Assembly (NCBI GenBank): GCA_963814375.1
Contig: CAWFCQ010000006.1
Span: 64,001-128,000, forward strand
DNA: 64,000 bases
Origin: an uncultured Chloroflexia bacterium
GTDB taxonomy: Bacteria; Chloroflexota; Limnocylindria; QHBO01
Direction: 5' to 3'
In this document: positions 29,690 to 39,159 of the stretch, piece by piece
Layout: every line of letters begins with the position of its first letter
How positions within the stretch are numbered: position 1 is the stretch's first letter
The notes under the pieces: model-generated
The model's database searches: none
Told to the model about the DNA's origin: nothing
The model's input: the letters and a program-made list of their open reading frames with translations, nothing else
Made by a program: the position numbers and the translations under genes

Positions 29690-31715
29690 CGGCGCCATCG
29701 TAGGCCGCGACCTCGCCGAGCGGGTCGCCACGCTGGACCTGCTGCCCGACTCCCACCGCCACCCGCCGCAGGATGCCGGCATGCGGGGCGACGACCGCGT
29801 GCTCCATCTTCATCGCCTCGATGACCACGAGCGGCTCGTGCGCGGCCACCAGCGCACCCTCGACGGCCCGGATGGCGATCACGCGCCCCGGCATTGGCGC
29901 CACCAGGAGCGCGGTTGCATCCGCGCCGGCGGCCGCCGCGTGGCGAACCGCCTCGTCGACCGTCGGAGCGCTCGCGAGGGCGAATTCGAGGGACTGGCCG
30001 TCGACGTCGACGTGCGCCACGCCGCCGGCGGCGATTGCGGCCGGCTCGCCGGCCGCATCGTCCGGTTCGGTGTCGACCCGCACCCGGCGCTCCTCGTCCC
30101 CGTGCCGCACGCGGATGATCGGCGCGGAGTTCAGGCGCCACCCGTCGCTCCACGGCCCGGCCGCGTCGGGCCTCAGGGCCCGGCCGGCAGCTTCCCAGTG
30201 CGCGTCTGACACGGTCGGCGGACCAGGCAGCGGGATGGACGCCAACGTATCGGTGCGCATCTGGCCGTCGCGCATAACGGGCTGGTCGAGCAGCCAGCGC
30301 AGGAAACGCAGGTTGGTACGGACTCCGAGCACCGTCGTCTCGGCCAGCGCGCGTAGGAGTCGCTCGACGGCCTCCGCGCGGCTCCCGCCGTGAGCGATGA
30401 GCTTGGCCAGCATCGGGTCATACCGATCGCTGACGGTGATCCCGGCGCGGGCCGCGGTGTCGATGCGGACGCCGTCGGGCCAGGCAACCAGCGCGAGCAC
30501 TCCGCTGGCGGGCAGGAAGCCGGATTCGGGGTCCTCGGCGTAGAGGCGAGCCTCGATCGCATGGCCGTGCATGGGTGGCGCCGCTCGCAGGCCGAGCTCC
30601 TCGAGCGTCGCGCCCCCGGCCACGAGGATCTGGTCTGCGACGAGGTCGCGGGCGGTGACCGCTTCCGTGACCGGGTGCTCCACCTGGAGCCGTGTGTTCA
30701 TCTCCAGGAAGTACGCCTCGCCGTCGTCGGAGAGCAGCATCTCGACCGTCCCGGCCCCGCGGTAGCCGACCGAGCCGGCGACAGTGAGCGCCATCTCGCC
30801 CATCCGCCCACGGAGCTCGGGCGTCATGCCAGGGGCGGGCGCCTCCTCGACGATCTTCTGGTTGCGACGCTGGCTGCTGCAGTCGCGCTCGCCGAGATGG
30901 ACCCCCTGGCCGTCGGCGTCGAACAGGACCTGGATCTCGACGTGCCGCGGCCCCGGGAGGAAGCGCTCGAGGATCAGGCGGTCATCGCCGAACGACCGTG
31001 CCGCCTCCCGGCGTGCCCCGGCCAGCGCATCGGTGAGGTCGTCGGCGTGATGGACGACGCGCATTCCCTTGCCGCCCCCGCCCGCCGACGGCTTGACCAG
31101 CAACGGAAAGCCGATCTCTCCTGCCGCCTCGGCCAGTGCCGCGTCGCCCTGGTCATCGCCGTCGTAGCCCGGCAGCACCGACACGCCGAGCTCGGCGGCG
31201 CGCCGTCGCGCGGCGGCCTTGTCGCCCATCGCCGCGATCGCCTCGGGCGGAGGACCGATCCAGGCCAGCCCGGCGGCAATGGCCGCGCGCGCGAACCCCG
31301 GGTTCTCGGCCAGGAACCCGTACCCCGGGTGAATCGCCTCGACCCCGGCGGCGCGGGCGACGGCCAGGATCTCGCCGCCGTCGAGATAGCTGGAGATCTC
31401 GTGGGCTTCATCGGCGCCATCCGGCGCCGCCTCGTCGGGGGCGTGAACGGCGACGACCCGAAGCCCCATGCGGCGCGCGGTCCGCACGATGCGAACGGCG
31501 ATCTCGCCGCGGTTGGCGACGAGAACGGATCGGATCGCCGCCTGTGGCGGGCGGGCGATGGTGGAGACGCCTCCGAGCGACGAACGCGACACGCGCACGC
31601 GGCTGCCGACCCGTTCCGCGGGCAGACGCCCGTCGGCGATCCAGCGCTGGACCGTCCTGACCGTCACGCCGAGCTCGCTCGCGATCTCTCGTGGCGTGAG
31701 TTGGTCGTCGGTCAT
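29682..31715 (-). CDS. liuD: Methylcrotonyl-CoA carboxylase alpha subunit (biotin carboxylase + BCCP) with N-terminal excisionase-like HTH
   Basis: ANRGEIA, HPGYGFLAEN, EMNTRLQVEHP, EAMKME; N-terminal LTPREIASELGVTVRTVQRWIADGRLPA. Confidence 0.9.
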   Translation of the reverse strand: MTDDQLTPREIASELGVTVRTVQRWIADGRLPAERVGSRVRVSRSSLGGVSTIARPPQAAIRSVLVANRGEIAVRIVRTARRMGLRVVAVHAPDEAAPDGADEAHEISSYLDGGEILAVARAAGVEAIHPGYGFLAENPGFARAAIAAGLAWIGPPPEAIAAMGDKAAARRRAAELGVSVLPGYDGDDQGDAALAEAAGEIGFPLLVKPSAGGGGKGMRVVHHADDLTDALAGARREAARSFGDDRLILERFLPGPRHVEIQVLFDADGQGVHLGERDCSSQRRNQKIVEEAPAPGMTPELRGRMGEMALTVAGSVGYRGAGTVEMLLSDDGEAYFLEMNTRLQVEHPVTEAVTARDLVADQILVAGGATLEELGLRAAPPMHGHAIEARLYAEDPESGFLPASGVLALVAWPDGVRIDTAARAGITVSDRYDPMLAKLIAHGGSRAEAVERLLRALAETTVLGVRTNLRFLRWLLDQPVMRDGQMRTDTLASIPLPGPPTVSDAHWEAAGRALRPDAAGPWSDGWRLNSAPIIRVRHGDEERRVRVDTEPDDAAGEPAAIAAGGVAHVDVDGQSLEFALASAPTVDEAVRHAAAAGADATALLVAPMPGRVIAIRAVEGALVAAHEPLVVIEAMKMEHAVVAPHAGILRRVAVGVGQQVQRGDPLGEVAAYDGADG

Positions 31716-31740
31716 GTCGCGATTGTCGCAGGGTGCGGCG

Positions 31741-32529
31741 TCAGTCGCCCTCCCACGAGGGATTGCGCTTCGCGAGGAAGGCGCTGAGGCCCTCTTGCCC
31801 CTCGGCCGACGTGCGTTGCTGAGCGATGTGCCGGACCGTGTGGCGGCGAGCCTCGTCCGCCGGCAGCGCGCGCAGCTCCCGCACGAGGGACTTCGCCGCG
31901 CGGGCGGCGGTGGGGCCGGCCAGCTGAAGCTCGGCCACGATCTCGGCGGCCCTGGCGTCGAGCGCCGCCTCGTCGGTCACGATCTCGTGCACCAGGCCGA
32001 TGCGAAGGGCTCGATCGGCGTCGAACGGAGCACCCGACGCGAACAGTGCGCGGGCTTGCGACTCGCCGATCTTGGGCAGCACGAAGGTGCTGATCACCGC
32101 CGGGATGATGCCAAGGCGGGTCTCGGGGAACCCGAAGGTCGTGCCGGCGGTCGCAATCACGATGTCCGCGACCGCGCAGAGGCCCATGCCGCCGCCGAGC
32201 GCCGCTCCCTGCACGCGGGCCACGACCGGGACGGGGCAGGTGTCGATGGCGGTGAGCATGGCCTGCATCGCCGCCGCGTCTCGCTCGTTCTCGTCGATGG
32301 ACAGCCCGATCGAGCCCCGCATCCACTCGACATCCGCCCCGGCGCAGAACACGGCGCCGGACCCGCCCAGGACGACCGCGCGCAACGCGCCGGCCGGCTC
32401 GCGGCCGAACGCCTCGAACGTCACGCGCAGCTCTCCGATCAGCTCCGCGTTGAAGGCGTTGCGGACCTCGGGGCGGTCGAGCGTTACCCGCGCGAGCGAG
32501 CCCTCACGTGAGACCTCGAGCACGCTCAT
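31741..32529 (-). CDS. liuC: Enoyl-CoA hydratase (methylglutaconyl-CoA hydratase-like)
   Basis: RPEVRNAFN, FCAGAD, ALGGGMGL, PETRLGIIP; liu context. Confidence 0.85.
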   Translation of the reverse strand: MSVLEVSREGSLARVTLDRPEVRNAFNAELIGELRVTFEAFGREPAGALRAVVLGGSGAVFCAGADVEWMRGSIGLSIDENERDAAAMQAMLTAIDTCPVPVVARVQGAALGGGMGLCAVADIVIATAGTTFGFPETRLGIIPAVISTFVLPKIGESQARALFASGAPFDADRALRIGLVHEIVTDEAALDARAAEIVAELQLAGPTAARAAKSLVRELRALPADEARRHTVRHIAQQRTSAEGQEGLSAFLAKRNPSWEGD

Positions 32530-33335
32530 CGGCCGCGTCGTCGATGGAATGGCTCGGCGACGGCGCGCACCTGCGTCAGCAGTGGTTCCTCCAGCCACAC
32601 GACGTCGGTCCCATCGGGCACGTCGACCGTGGCCGACGCGCCAACGTCACCGACCAGGCCGAGCATCAGCCTCGGCGTGCCGTCACTCGCATCGGTCTCG
32701 ACCAGGTATGCCGCCTCGACGGCCGTGTCGCGCAGCTCGTCGGAGATGGTCGTCTCGAGGGGTCGGGTGTCGGTCGAGGCGAGGCGGACCCTGATCGAGA
32801 TGCGGGAGGTCGGCTCGAAGAGCGGCTCGCCGCTGCCGGGGATGTTGCCCGCGGCGAGCGCGGCAAGCTCGCCGAGGTCGAATCGATACGGAACCGGGCC
32901 CGCCGGATCCATGATCGCCGGCATGCCGGCGGCCGCAAGGTTGGCAACGGCGATGCGCGCCGGGAGCGGGAGATTGCCGGTTTGCGCCGGTGCCCAGGCG
33001 GCGAGCGCCGCGAACGAGCCGAAGACCACGCTCACGGTCTCGCCACCGCTCTCGCGGGCCAGCATGACGCTGATCTCGACCTGCTCGTCGTCGGTGACGG
33101 CCGATGCCAGCGCCGCCTTCGCCTCATCGCCGTGCTCGGGCGGGACGGGAAGCAGAAGCGTCCCGCTCATCAGGGTCCGGTAGAAGGCGACGAGCGGCCC
33201 GCGATCGCCGCGCGTCTCCGCCTCGCGAGCGGCGAGCATGGCGTCGAACAGGTTCGCGGCGCTCTCCTCCAGCGATCCTGAGGGCGTGGAGCGATCGTGT
33301 GAGCCCGGCGCCGGGCGGTCATTGCCAGGATCCAT
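32526..33335 (-). CDS. SseB-like family protein
   Basis: TLLLPV, VFGSFAALAAW, DPAGP, then SseB_C-like VEAAYL..LMLGL. Confidence 0.65.
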   Translation of the reverse strand: MDPGNDRPAPGSHDRSTPSGSLEESAANLFDAMLAAREAETRGDRGPLVAFYRTLMSGTLLLPVPPEHGDEAKAALASAVTDDEQVEISVMLARESGGETVSVVFGSFAALAAWAPAQTGNLPLPARIAVANLAAAGMPAIMDPAGPVPYRFDLGELAALAAGNIPGSGEPLFEPTSRISIRVRLASTDTRPLETTISDELRDTAVEAAYLVETDASDGTPRLMLGLVGDVGASATVDVPDGTDVVWLEEPLLTQVRAVAEPFHRRRGR

Positions 33336-33375
33336 CGGTCGGGTGAGCCTAGCGGATGCTGCTAGCATCGGCTCC

Positions 33376-34164
33376 ATGATCCGTGGCATCGATCACCTCG
33401 TCATCGCCAGCCCTGATCCTGACGTGGCCGCGACCGAGCTCGAGTCGAACCTGGGCCTCGCGGCCGTCGGCGGCGGACGCCACCCCGGGCGCGGGAGCTT
33501 CAACCGGATCGTCTGGCTGGCCGACGGCAGCTACCTCGAGCTGGTCGGCGTCGACGATCCGGAGCTGGCGCGCCAGGGCGCTGTGGGCGCCGCGGTGGTC
33601 CATGCGCTCGAGGCTCACGGCGGCGGGCTTGCGACGTACGCCCTCCGCGACGATGACCTCGAGGCCACCGCGACCGCGCTCGGGGCGATCGGGACGTTCG
33701 GTCCGGTGGCCCACGGCAGCCGCACGCGGCCCGATGGCGAGCTCGTCGAGTGGTGGACGGCGCTGCCGGTCTCGGAGCTCGCTCCTGACGCCACGCCATT
33801 CCTCATCCAGCACGCCTACACCGGCGCCGAGTGGAGCCACGACGCGCTCGCCGAGCGTGCAACTTACCGCCACCCGATCGGCGCCCCCGTCGCCCTCGCC
33901 CGCCTGGACATCGCAACGGCCGAACCTCCGGCCACGGCAGCGACGATCCACGACGCGCTGGGGATGGACTTCTGGGCCGTCGCCGACCTGGCGGTGGCGG
34001 AGACGGGGCCGCACGTCATCCGCCTCGTCCCGCGCCGCGAGATGCCGGTGCCCGCGGTCGTCACGCTCGCGGCCGACGTGGACGCTCCCCGCACGGCGGA
34101 GCTGCTCGGCCTCCGATTCGACGTGGAGCGCGCCGAGCTCCCCGTCCGCGTCGCAGATCGCTGA
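33376..34164 (+). CDS. VOC (glyoxalase-like 3) family protein
   Basis: IDHLVI, GGRHPG, N.IVWL.DGSYLEL, RTRPDG, PFLIQH. Confidence 0.88.
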   Translation: MIRGIDHLVIASPDPDVAATELESNLGLAAVGGGRHPGRGSFNRIVWLADGSYLELVGVDDPELARQGAVGAAVVHALEAHGGGLATYALRDDDLEATATALGAIGTFGPVAHGSRTRPDGELVEWWTALPVSELAPDATPFLIQHAYTGAEWSHDALAERATYRHPIGAPVALARLDIATAEPPATAATIHDALGMDFWAVADLAVAETGPHVIRLVPRREMPVPAVVTLAADVDAPRTAELLGLRFDVERAELPVRVADR

Positions 34165-34177
34165 CGGATCCCTCCGG

Positions 34178-34498
34178 CTATCGGTCGGGCGGGGGCACCT
34201 CGGAGTCGCCCTGGCCCGCGGGCACGTCGTGGCTGTCCGCCTGGATCGGCTCACTCGCGGGGGCCGGCTCCGCGGCAGCCGGATCGTTCGCCGGCGCCGC
34301 GGCCGACGTCCCCACCGCGTCGCTCGCGCCGCGATTCATGCCGACCAGGACCATCGCGGCGCCGATGATTGCGACCAAGATCCCGGCGAACGGCTGGAAG
34401 TCGTCGACGAGCTCCATCAGGCTGAACTGAAAGCCGACCAGCGGCAGCAGCAGCGAGCCGGCACCGATGATGATGAGAAAGACGCCCCATCCGACCAT
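34178..34498 (-). CDS. Small membrane protein
   Basis: Two TM helices plus Ala/Pro tail; GGAGG RBS. Confidence 0.7.
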   Translation of the reverse strand: MVGWGVFLIIIGAGSLLLPLVGFQFSLMELVDDFQPFAGILVAIIGAAMVLVGMNRGASDAVGTSAAAPANDPAAAEPAPASEPIQADSHDVPAGQGDSEVPPPDR

Positions 34499-34575
34499 CT
34501 GAACGATTCCTCCCTCGGCCGACGGGCGCTCACCGTGACGCGTCCGGGCTCGGCGCGGGTCAGTCTAGCGCCGGC

Positions 34576-36174
34576 TCACATGCGGAAGAGGCTGAAGCCC
34601 GGCTCGGGGATCGGTGCGTTGAGAGCGGCGCTGATGCCCATGGCCAGGATGCGCCGCGTGTCGACCGGGTCGATGACCCCATCGTCCCACAGCCGAGCCG
34701 TCGAGTGGTACGGGGACCCCTCGCGCTCGTACTTGGCGAGGATCGGCGCTTCGAAGGCGTCACGATCCGCATCGGTCGCGAACTCGCCGCGCACCGTGGA
34801 CAGGACGCGGGCGGCCTGGGCTCCGCCCATCACGCTGATCCGGGCGTTCGGCCACATCCATAGCTGGCGAGGCCCGTACGCCCGGCCCGCCATGCCGTAG
34901 TTCCCGGCCCCGAAGCTGCCGCCGATGATGACCGTGAACTTCGGCACGTTGGTCGTGCTGACCGCGGTGACGAGCTTCGCTCCATCGCGGGCAATGCCGC
35001 CAGCCTCGTACTCGCGTCCGACCATGAATCCGGTGATGTTCTGGAGGAAGACGAGCGGGATCCGCCGTTGCGAGGCGAGCTCCACGAAGTGCGCCCCCTT
35101 CAGCGCCGACTGGCTGAAGAGAATCCCGTTGTTGGCGATGATCCCGACCGGGTAGCCGTGGAGACGGGCGAAGCCCGTCACCAGCGTCTCGCCATAGCGC
35201 GCCTTGAACTCGTGGAAGTCGGAGCCATCGACGAGTCGTGCGATCACCTCGCGGACGTCGTAGGACTGGCGCGCATCGGCCGGGATGACTCCATACAGGC
35301 TCTCGGCTGATGCCGAGGGCTCGCGAGGCTCGGCCACGTCCCATGGCGGATCAGGCTTGCGCCATGCCAGGTTGCGCACGATCTGCCGGCCGAGGGCCAG
35401 AGCGTGCTCATCGTCCAGGGCATAGTGGTCGGCCACGCCCGAGGTGGTGGTATGGACCTCCGCGCCACCCAGCTCCTCCGCGCTCACCTCCTCGCCGGTT
35501 GCTGCCTTCACCAACGGCGGGCCGCCGAGGAAGATCGTGCCGGTGCCCTTCACGATGACCGTCTCGTCGCTCATGGCCGGCACGTACGCGCCACCGGCGG
35601 TGCACGAGCCCATGACCAGCGCGACCTGCGGAATGCGCCGCGCCGATAGCTGAGCCTGGTTGTAGAAGATCCGCCCGAAGTGGTCGCGGTCCGGGAAGAC
35701 CTCGTCCTGAAGCGGCAGGAACGCGCCCCCGCTGTCGACCAGGTAGAGGCACGGGAGCCGATTCTCGAGCGCGATCTCCTGCGCGCGGAGATGCTTGCGC
35801 ACGGTGATCGGGTAGTACGTGCCGCCCTTGACCGTCGCGTCGTTGGCAACGATCACGCACTCGACGCCCTCGACGTGGCCGATGCCGGTCACGATGCCTG
35901 CACCCGGCGCCTCATCGTCGTAGAGGCCGTTGGCGGCGAGAGCCGAGAGCTCGAGAAAGGCGCTGCCCGGATCGATCAGCAGGTCGATCCGTTCGCGGAC
36001 GGGGAGCTTCCCCCGTTCTCGATGCCGCGCGATCGAGCGGTCATCGCCTCCCGCGCCCCGGTCAGCCAGAGCCGCGGTTCGCCGGCGGAGGTCGGCGACC
36101 AGCGCGCGCATGGCGTCGGCGTTGGTGCCCGTGTCCGCGGAGTCGGGCTGGAGCGCAGTCTGGATGACGGCCAT
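34576..36174 (-). CDS. liuB: Methylcrotonyl-CoA carboxylase beta subunit (carboxyltransferase)
   Basis: [44 protein letters not shown]. Confidence 0.93.
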   Translation of the reverse strand: MAVIQTALQPDSADTGTNADAMRALVADLRRRTAALADRGAGGDDRSIARHRERGKLPVRERIDLLIDPGSAFLELSALAANGLYDDEAPGAGIVTGIGHVEGVECVIVANDATVKGGTYYPITVRKHLRAQEIALENRLPCLYLVDSGGAFLPLQDEVFPDRDHFGRIFYNQAQLSARRIPQVALVMGSCTAGGAYVPAMSDETVIVKGTGTIFLGGPPLVKAATGEEVSAEELGGAEVHTTTSGVADHYALDDEHALALGRQIVRNLAWRKPDPPWDVAEPREPSASAESLYGVIPADARQSYDVREVIARLVDGSDFHEFKARYGETLVTGFARLHGYPVGIIANNGILFSQSALKGAHFVELASQRRIPLVFLQNITGFMVGREYEAGGIARDGAKLVTAVSTTNVPKFTVIIGGSFGAGNYGMAGRAYGPRQLWMWPNARISVMGGAQAARVLSTVRGEFATDADRDAFEAPILAKYEREGSPYHSTARLWDDGVIDPVDTRRILAMGISAALNAPIPEPGFSLFRM

Positions 36175-36196
36175 CGCCGCCGATTATGGCCCGGCG

Positions 36197-36772
36197 TCAG
36201 GCGAGGGTGACGAGCGACACGATCTGGGTGATGTGGGCGGCGTTGAGGATCGCGACGCTGACGACATGCTCGAATGGCGGGTCGCCCTCGTGCAGCAGGT
36301 AGGCATCGGTCAGCGGCAGGAACCGCTGGTTGCGCAGCAGGTGAGGACCGACCTCGACGCCGGGTGCCAGGTGGATGTTTCCCGTGATCGTGAATGGACC
36401 GGCGACGATCGCGGCGCGCTTCAGGCGTCGGTGCAGGCGCAGCTGGCGGCTGGCGCGCCACTCGGGCGGCATCGCCATCACCACCCGTGCCGTCGCGAGG
36501 GTCTCCCACTCGCCGTTCGTACCGCCGGGCTCTCCCCCGTCGCGCGGGGGATCCGTTCGGTCGAGCGGACCCGGGCTGGGCCTCCAGAGGCGGAGCTCAT
36601 CCTGGGAGAGGAGCAGGTCGGTGACGCGTTGGCCATTTGGCGCGATCCAGCCCACGATCCGCGAGTCGGCCGTGTAGATCTCGATCGGGGCCAGGTCGAG
36701 ACTCAACGCCATGGCCGCGGTCCCCTGGATGTCAGCCGGACCGGGACCCCTCCGCCAGTTCCAGAACGTCAC
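36197..36772 (-). CDS. Hypothetical protein, tandem DUF6812-like beta domains
   Basis: IEIYT..SRIVG..RVTDLL and AGPFTITGNIHL..FLPLTDA; AGGAGG before GTG 36772. Confidence 0.6.
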   Translation of the reverse strand: MTFWNWRRGPGPADIQGTAAMALSLDLAPIEIYTADSRIVGWIAPNGQRVTDLLLSQDELRLWRPSPGPLDRTDPPRDGGEPGGTNGEWETLATARVVMAMPPEWRASRQLRLHRRLKRAAIVAGPFTITGNIHLAPGVEVGPHLLRNQRFLPLTDAYLLHEGDPPFEHVVSVAILNAAHITQIVSLVTLA

Positions 36773-36879
36773 GTTGCCTCCTGCTCGGAACGGCCGCCCG
36801 AGCACTCGGGCGACCTCCACCGCAACCGTATGCTTCCGCGCGGGCTCGACCAACGGGCCGATAGTCCTACCCTGCTCCC

Positions 36880-37215
36880 ATGATCGAATTCGACCAGTTC
36901 CTCCTCGTCGACATGCGCGTCGGGCGCATCCTGTCGGCCGAGCCCCTGATCGGCGCGCGCAAGCCCTCCTACGAGCTGCGCATCGACTTCGGCGGGGACC
37001 TCGGCGAGCGCAGCAGCTCGGCGCAGCTGACGGTCACCTACCCCGACCCTTCCGCCCTGGTCGGCCGTCAGGTTGTGGCGGTGGTGAACTTTCCGCCTCG
37101 ACGGATCGCTGGATTCTCGAGCGAGGTCCTCGTCCTCGGAGCGATGGGAGACGGCGGGCAGGTCCACCTCCTCGTGCCGGATCCGCCGTGCGCGGAAGGC
37201 CTTCGCATCGGCTGA
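36880..37215 (+). CDS. csaA: tRNA-binding protein / CsaA chaperone
   Basis: DMRVGRI, IDFG, SSAQLT, VVNFPPRRIAGF.SEVLVLG. Confidence 0.92.
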   Translation: MIEFDQFLLVDMRVGRILSAEPLIGARKPSYELRIDFGGDLGERSSSAQLTVTYPDPSALVGRQVVAVVNFPPRRIAGFSSEVLVLGAMGDGGQVHLLVPDPPCAEGLRIG

Positions 37216-37292
37216 TGAGCGCGCCGTCTGGGATACTCGAGCCATGACCGACGCCTCGACTGCGCCCCTTCGTCGGGGACGCCCCCGACGGC

Positions 37293-37688
37293 ATGCCCCA
37301 GCTCGACCTGGCGCCACCGCAGATCGCCCGCAGCGGCGACCCGTTCGCCGCGCTCCGGATCGTTCACTTCGTGTCGCGGCTCAGACGGAACGAAACGCTC
37401 CAGCTTCGCGACGTCGTCGCGGCACTGAATGCGGAGCTGCTCGACTGGTCATTCAGCGAGAAGGTGGTGATCGCGGAGCTCGTGCAGCTCCAGGCCAACT
37501 GGGGCATCAGCTTCCATGGCGACGACCGGATCGTCCTGGATCGCAATGAGCGCGGTCACACGCTGCTCATCGTCGACTCGACGAAGATGACCTCGTTCCT
37601 CGTCAACGAGGCGCGCCGCCTGCGCGAGGCCTGCGAGGAGGAGCTCCGCCGCTTCACTCTCGGCGACGGGGTGACGACCGACTACTGA
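37293..37688 (+). CDS. Hypothetical protein
   Basis: 131-aa ORF with protein-like composition; true start may be 37244 across an indel. Confidence 0.7.
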   Translation: MPQLDLAPPQIARSGDPFAALRIVHFVSRLRRNETLQLRDVVAALNAELLDWSFSEKVVIAELVQLQANWGISFHGDDRIVLDRNERGHTLLIVDSTKMTSFLVNEARRLREACEEELRRFTLGDGVTTDY

Positions 37689-37717
37689 GCCGTCCGCGGG
37701 CACTCAGATCGGGCGTC

Positions 37718-38653
37718 TCAGACGCGGTCCGCGTCTCCCGCCGACTCACTGGCGGCAACGACGGGTCGGGAGGGCACATCCTCGTCGCCGATGACGGGCA
37801 AAGGCACCCGGCGCGGCCGGGGTCGGAACGGGCTCGTCTCGGGCACGACCGGGCCATCGGTCTCGGTGAGGGCGCCGCCGCGATAGGCCTCCCATACCGC
37901 CATGACCGTGTCGCGATGCGGCTTGATGCGACAGTGCTCGTCACGGTTGCCCATCTCGTCGCAATAGCCGAGCGGCACGCACTTCGGGACGAGGAAGGAG
38001 CCGAAGAAGGGGCTGACCCGGAAGACCTCGTGCCTGATCTGCTTGAACAGCTGGCGGATCTCCCACTGAGCCATCGTGCACAGGCGCAGGCCCGACATGT
38101 GGATCAGCTGGCGGAGGTTCACCGTCATGATGAGATTGGTCTGCATCGCGTTCGGGAAGATGAACCGCGCGTCCTCCGCCGGCACCTCCGCCTGGAGCAG
38201 CTGGCCGTACAGCTCCAGGTTGTCGTCGATCGCGCGCTGGAAGCGGCCGGCCAGGTCGTCGGGCAGGTCGCCATCCGTGATCGACTCGGGGATCGTGTAG
38301 TTGTCCCGCTTCTTGAAGCTCACGTAGCGCTGCGACTGCTGGTCGAAGGCGGTCCCCGCGCGGTGTCGCACGAGCTGGTGAGAGAGCGTGCGTGTCACCC
38401 CGCTGATCGCGAACGTGAAGTTGACGTGCTCGATGGTCGAGCCGTGACCCGACTCCATCACCTTGCGCACGAGGTTCTGCTGCTTCTCGTCCGCGACCTC
38501 GCGGCTCACCGCCTTGCCCCAGATCTGGTCGGGCACCTGCTCGGAGTAGCAGGTCCGGCAGGCGGTGTAGATGATCGGGAGGTAGTACTCCTCGACGATC
38601 TCCTTGGTCGGGAAGATGAGCTTGGCGGAGAGGGCGGTTGAGGTCGACGGCAT
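37718..38653 (-). CDS. thyX: FAD-dependent thymidylate synthase
   Basis: GHGSTIEH, SHQLVRHRAGTAFDQQSQRY, EDARF, AQWEIR. Confidence 0.96.
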   Translation of the reverse strand: MPSTSTALSAKLIFPTKEIVEEYYLPIIYTACRTCYSEQVPDQIWGKAVSREVADEKQQNLVRKVMESGHGSTIEHVNFTFAISGVTRTLSHQLVRHRAGTAFDQQSQRYVSFKKRDNYTIPESITDGDLPDDLAGRFQRAIDDNLELYGQLLQAEVPAEDARFIFPNAMQTNLIMTVNLRQLIHMSGLRLCTMAQWEIRQLFKQIRHEVFRVSPFFGSFLVPKCVPLGYCDEMGNRDEHCRIKPHRDTVMAVWEAYRGGALTETDGPVVPETSPFRPRPRRVPLPVIGDEDVPSRPVVAASESAGDADRV

Positions 38654-38693
38654 CCCCCGAAGTCTACCAAAGGGAACGGCCGATCCCACACGG

Positions 38694-38743
38694 TTATCCA
38701 CAAGATGTGGGGGTGTGGATTATCCGACGCCGCTATGTTGTGG
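38694..38743. promoter_or_regulatory. DnaA boxes plus tandem NrdR-like boxes upstream of thyX
   Basis: TTATCCACA 38694-38702; TGTGGATTA 38714-38722; CCACAAGATGTGGGGG 38698-38713; CGCCGCTATGTTGTGG 38728-38743. Confidence 0.6.
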
Positions 38744-38793
38744 TCTTTCGCCCCGCGTGGTCTCCCGGGTCCGGCTCCCTATACTCGCGCTCC

Positions 38794-39159
38794 ATGTCCG
38801 AGGGTCGGCCCGCCGTCATGTCGCGATCGGCGTTCCTCGAGGCGACGGACGAGCTCATCGCGACGGGCGAGGGCCTCGTCGTCAGCCCCGACTGGGACGC
38901 GTTCCGAGGGTGGCTGCTGGCGTCCGACCAGCTCCTCGAGCGGGTCTGGGGCAGGATGGACCGCTATCACCTGGCGTGGCTGAACGTGGGCCGCGACAGC
39001 GCACCACCCGGGTCCTCGCTGGATGAAGCCGGAACGCGAAGATTCGTTGCGGAGGTCGCGAGCGCCAAGCTGGCTGTCCTGCGTACGATGAGGTCGTCGG
39101 TGGAGCGACGGGGCTGGACACTGCTCTCCGATGACGACGCCGAAGAGGAGGCCCGATGA
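38794..39159 (+). CDS. Hypothetical protein
   Basis: TATACT 8 nt upstream; ATGA-coupled to the next gene. Confidence 0.7.
   Translation: MSEGRPAVMSRSAFLEATDELIATGEGLVVSPDWDAFRGWLLASDQLLERVWGRMDRYHLAWLNVGRDSAPPGSSLDEAGTRRFVAEVASAKLAVLRTMRSSVERRGWTLLSDDDAEEEAR

Noticed and set aside
31560-31715. Prophage or ICE excisionase remnant
   Set aside because: No integrase, att-like repeat or phage gene in the window; the domain is in frame with the carboxylase
38694-38722. Replication origin
   Set aside because: Only two DnaA boxes, no AT-rich unwinding element and no dnaA/dnaN nearby
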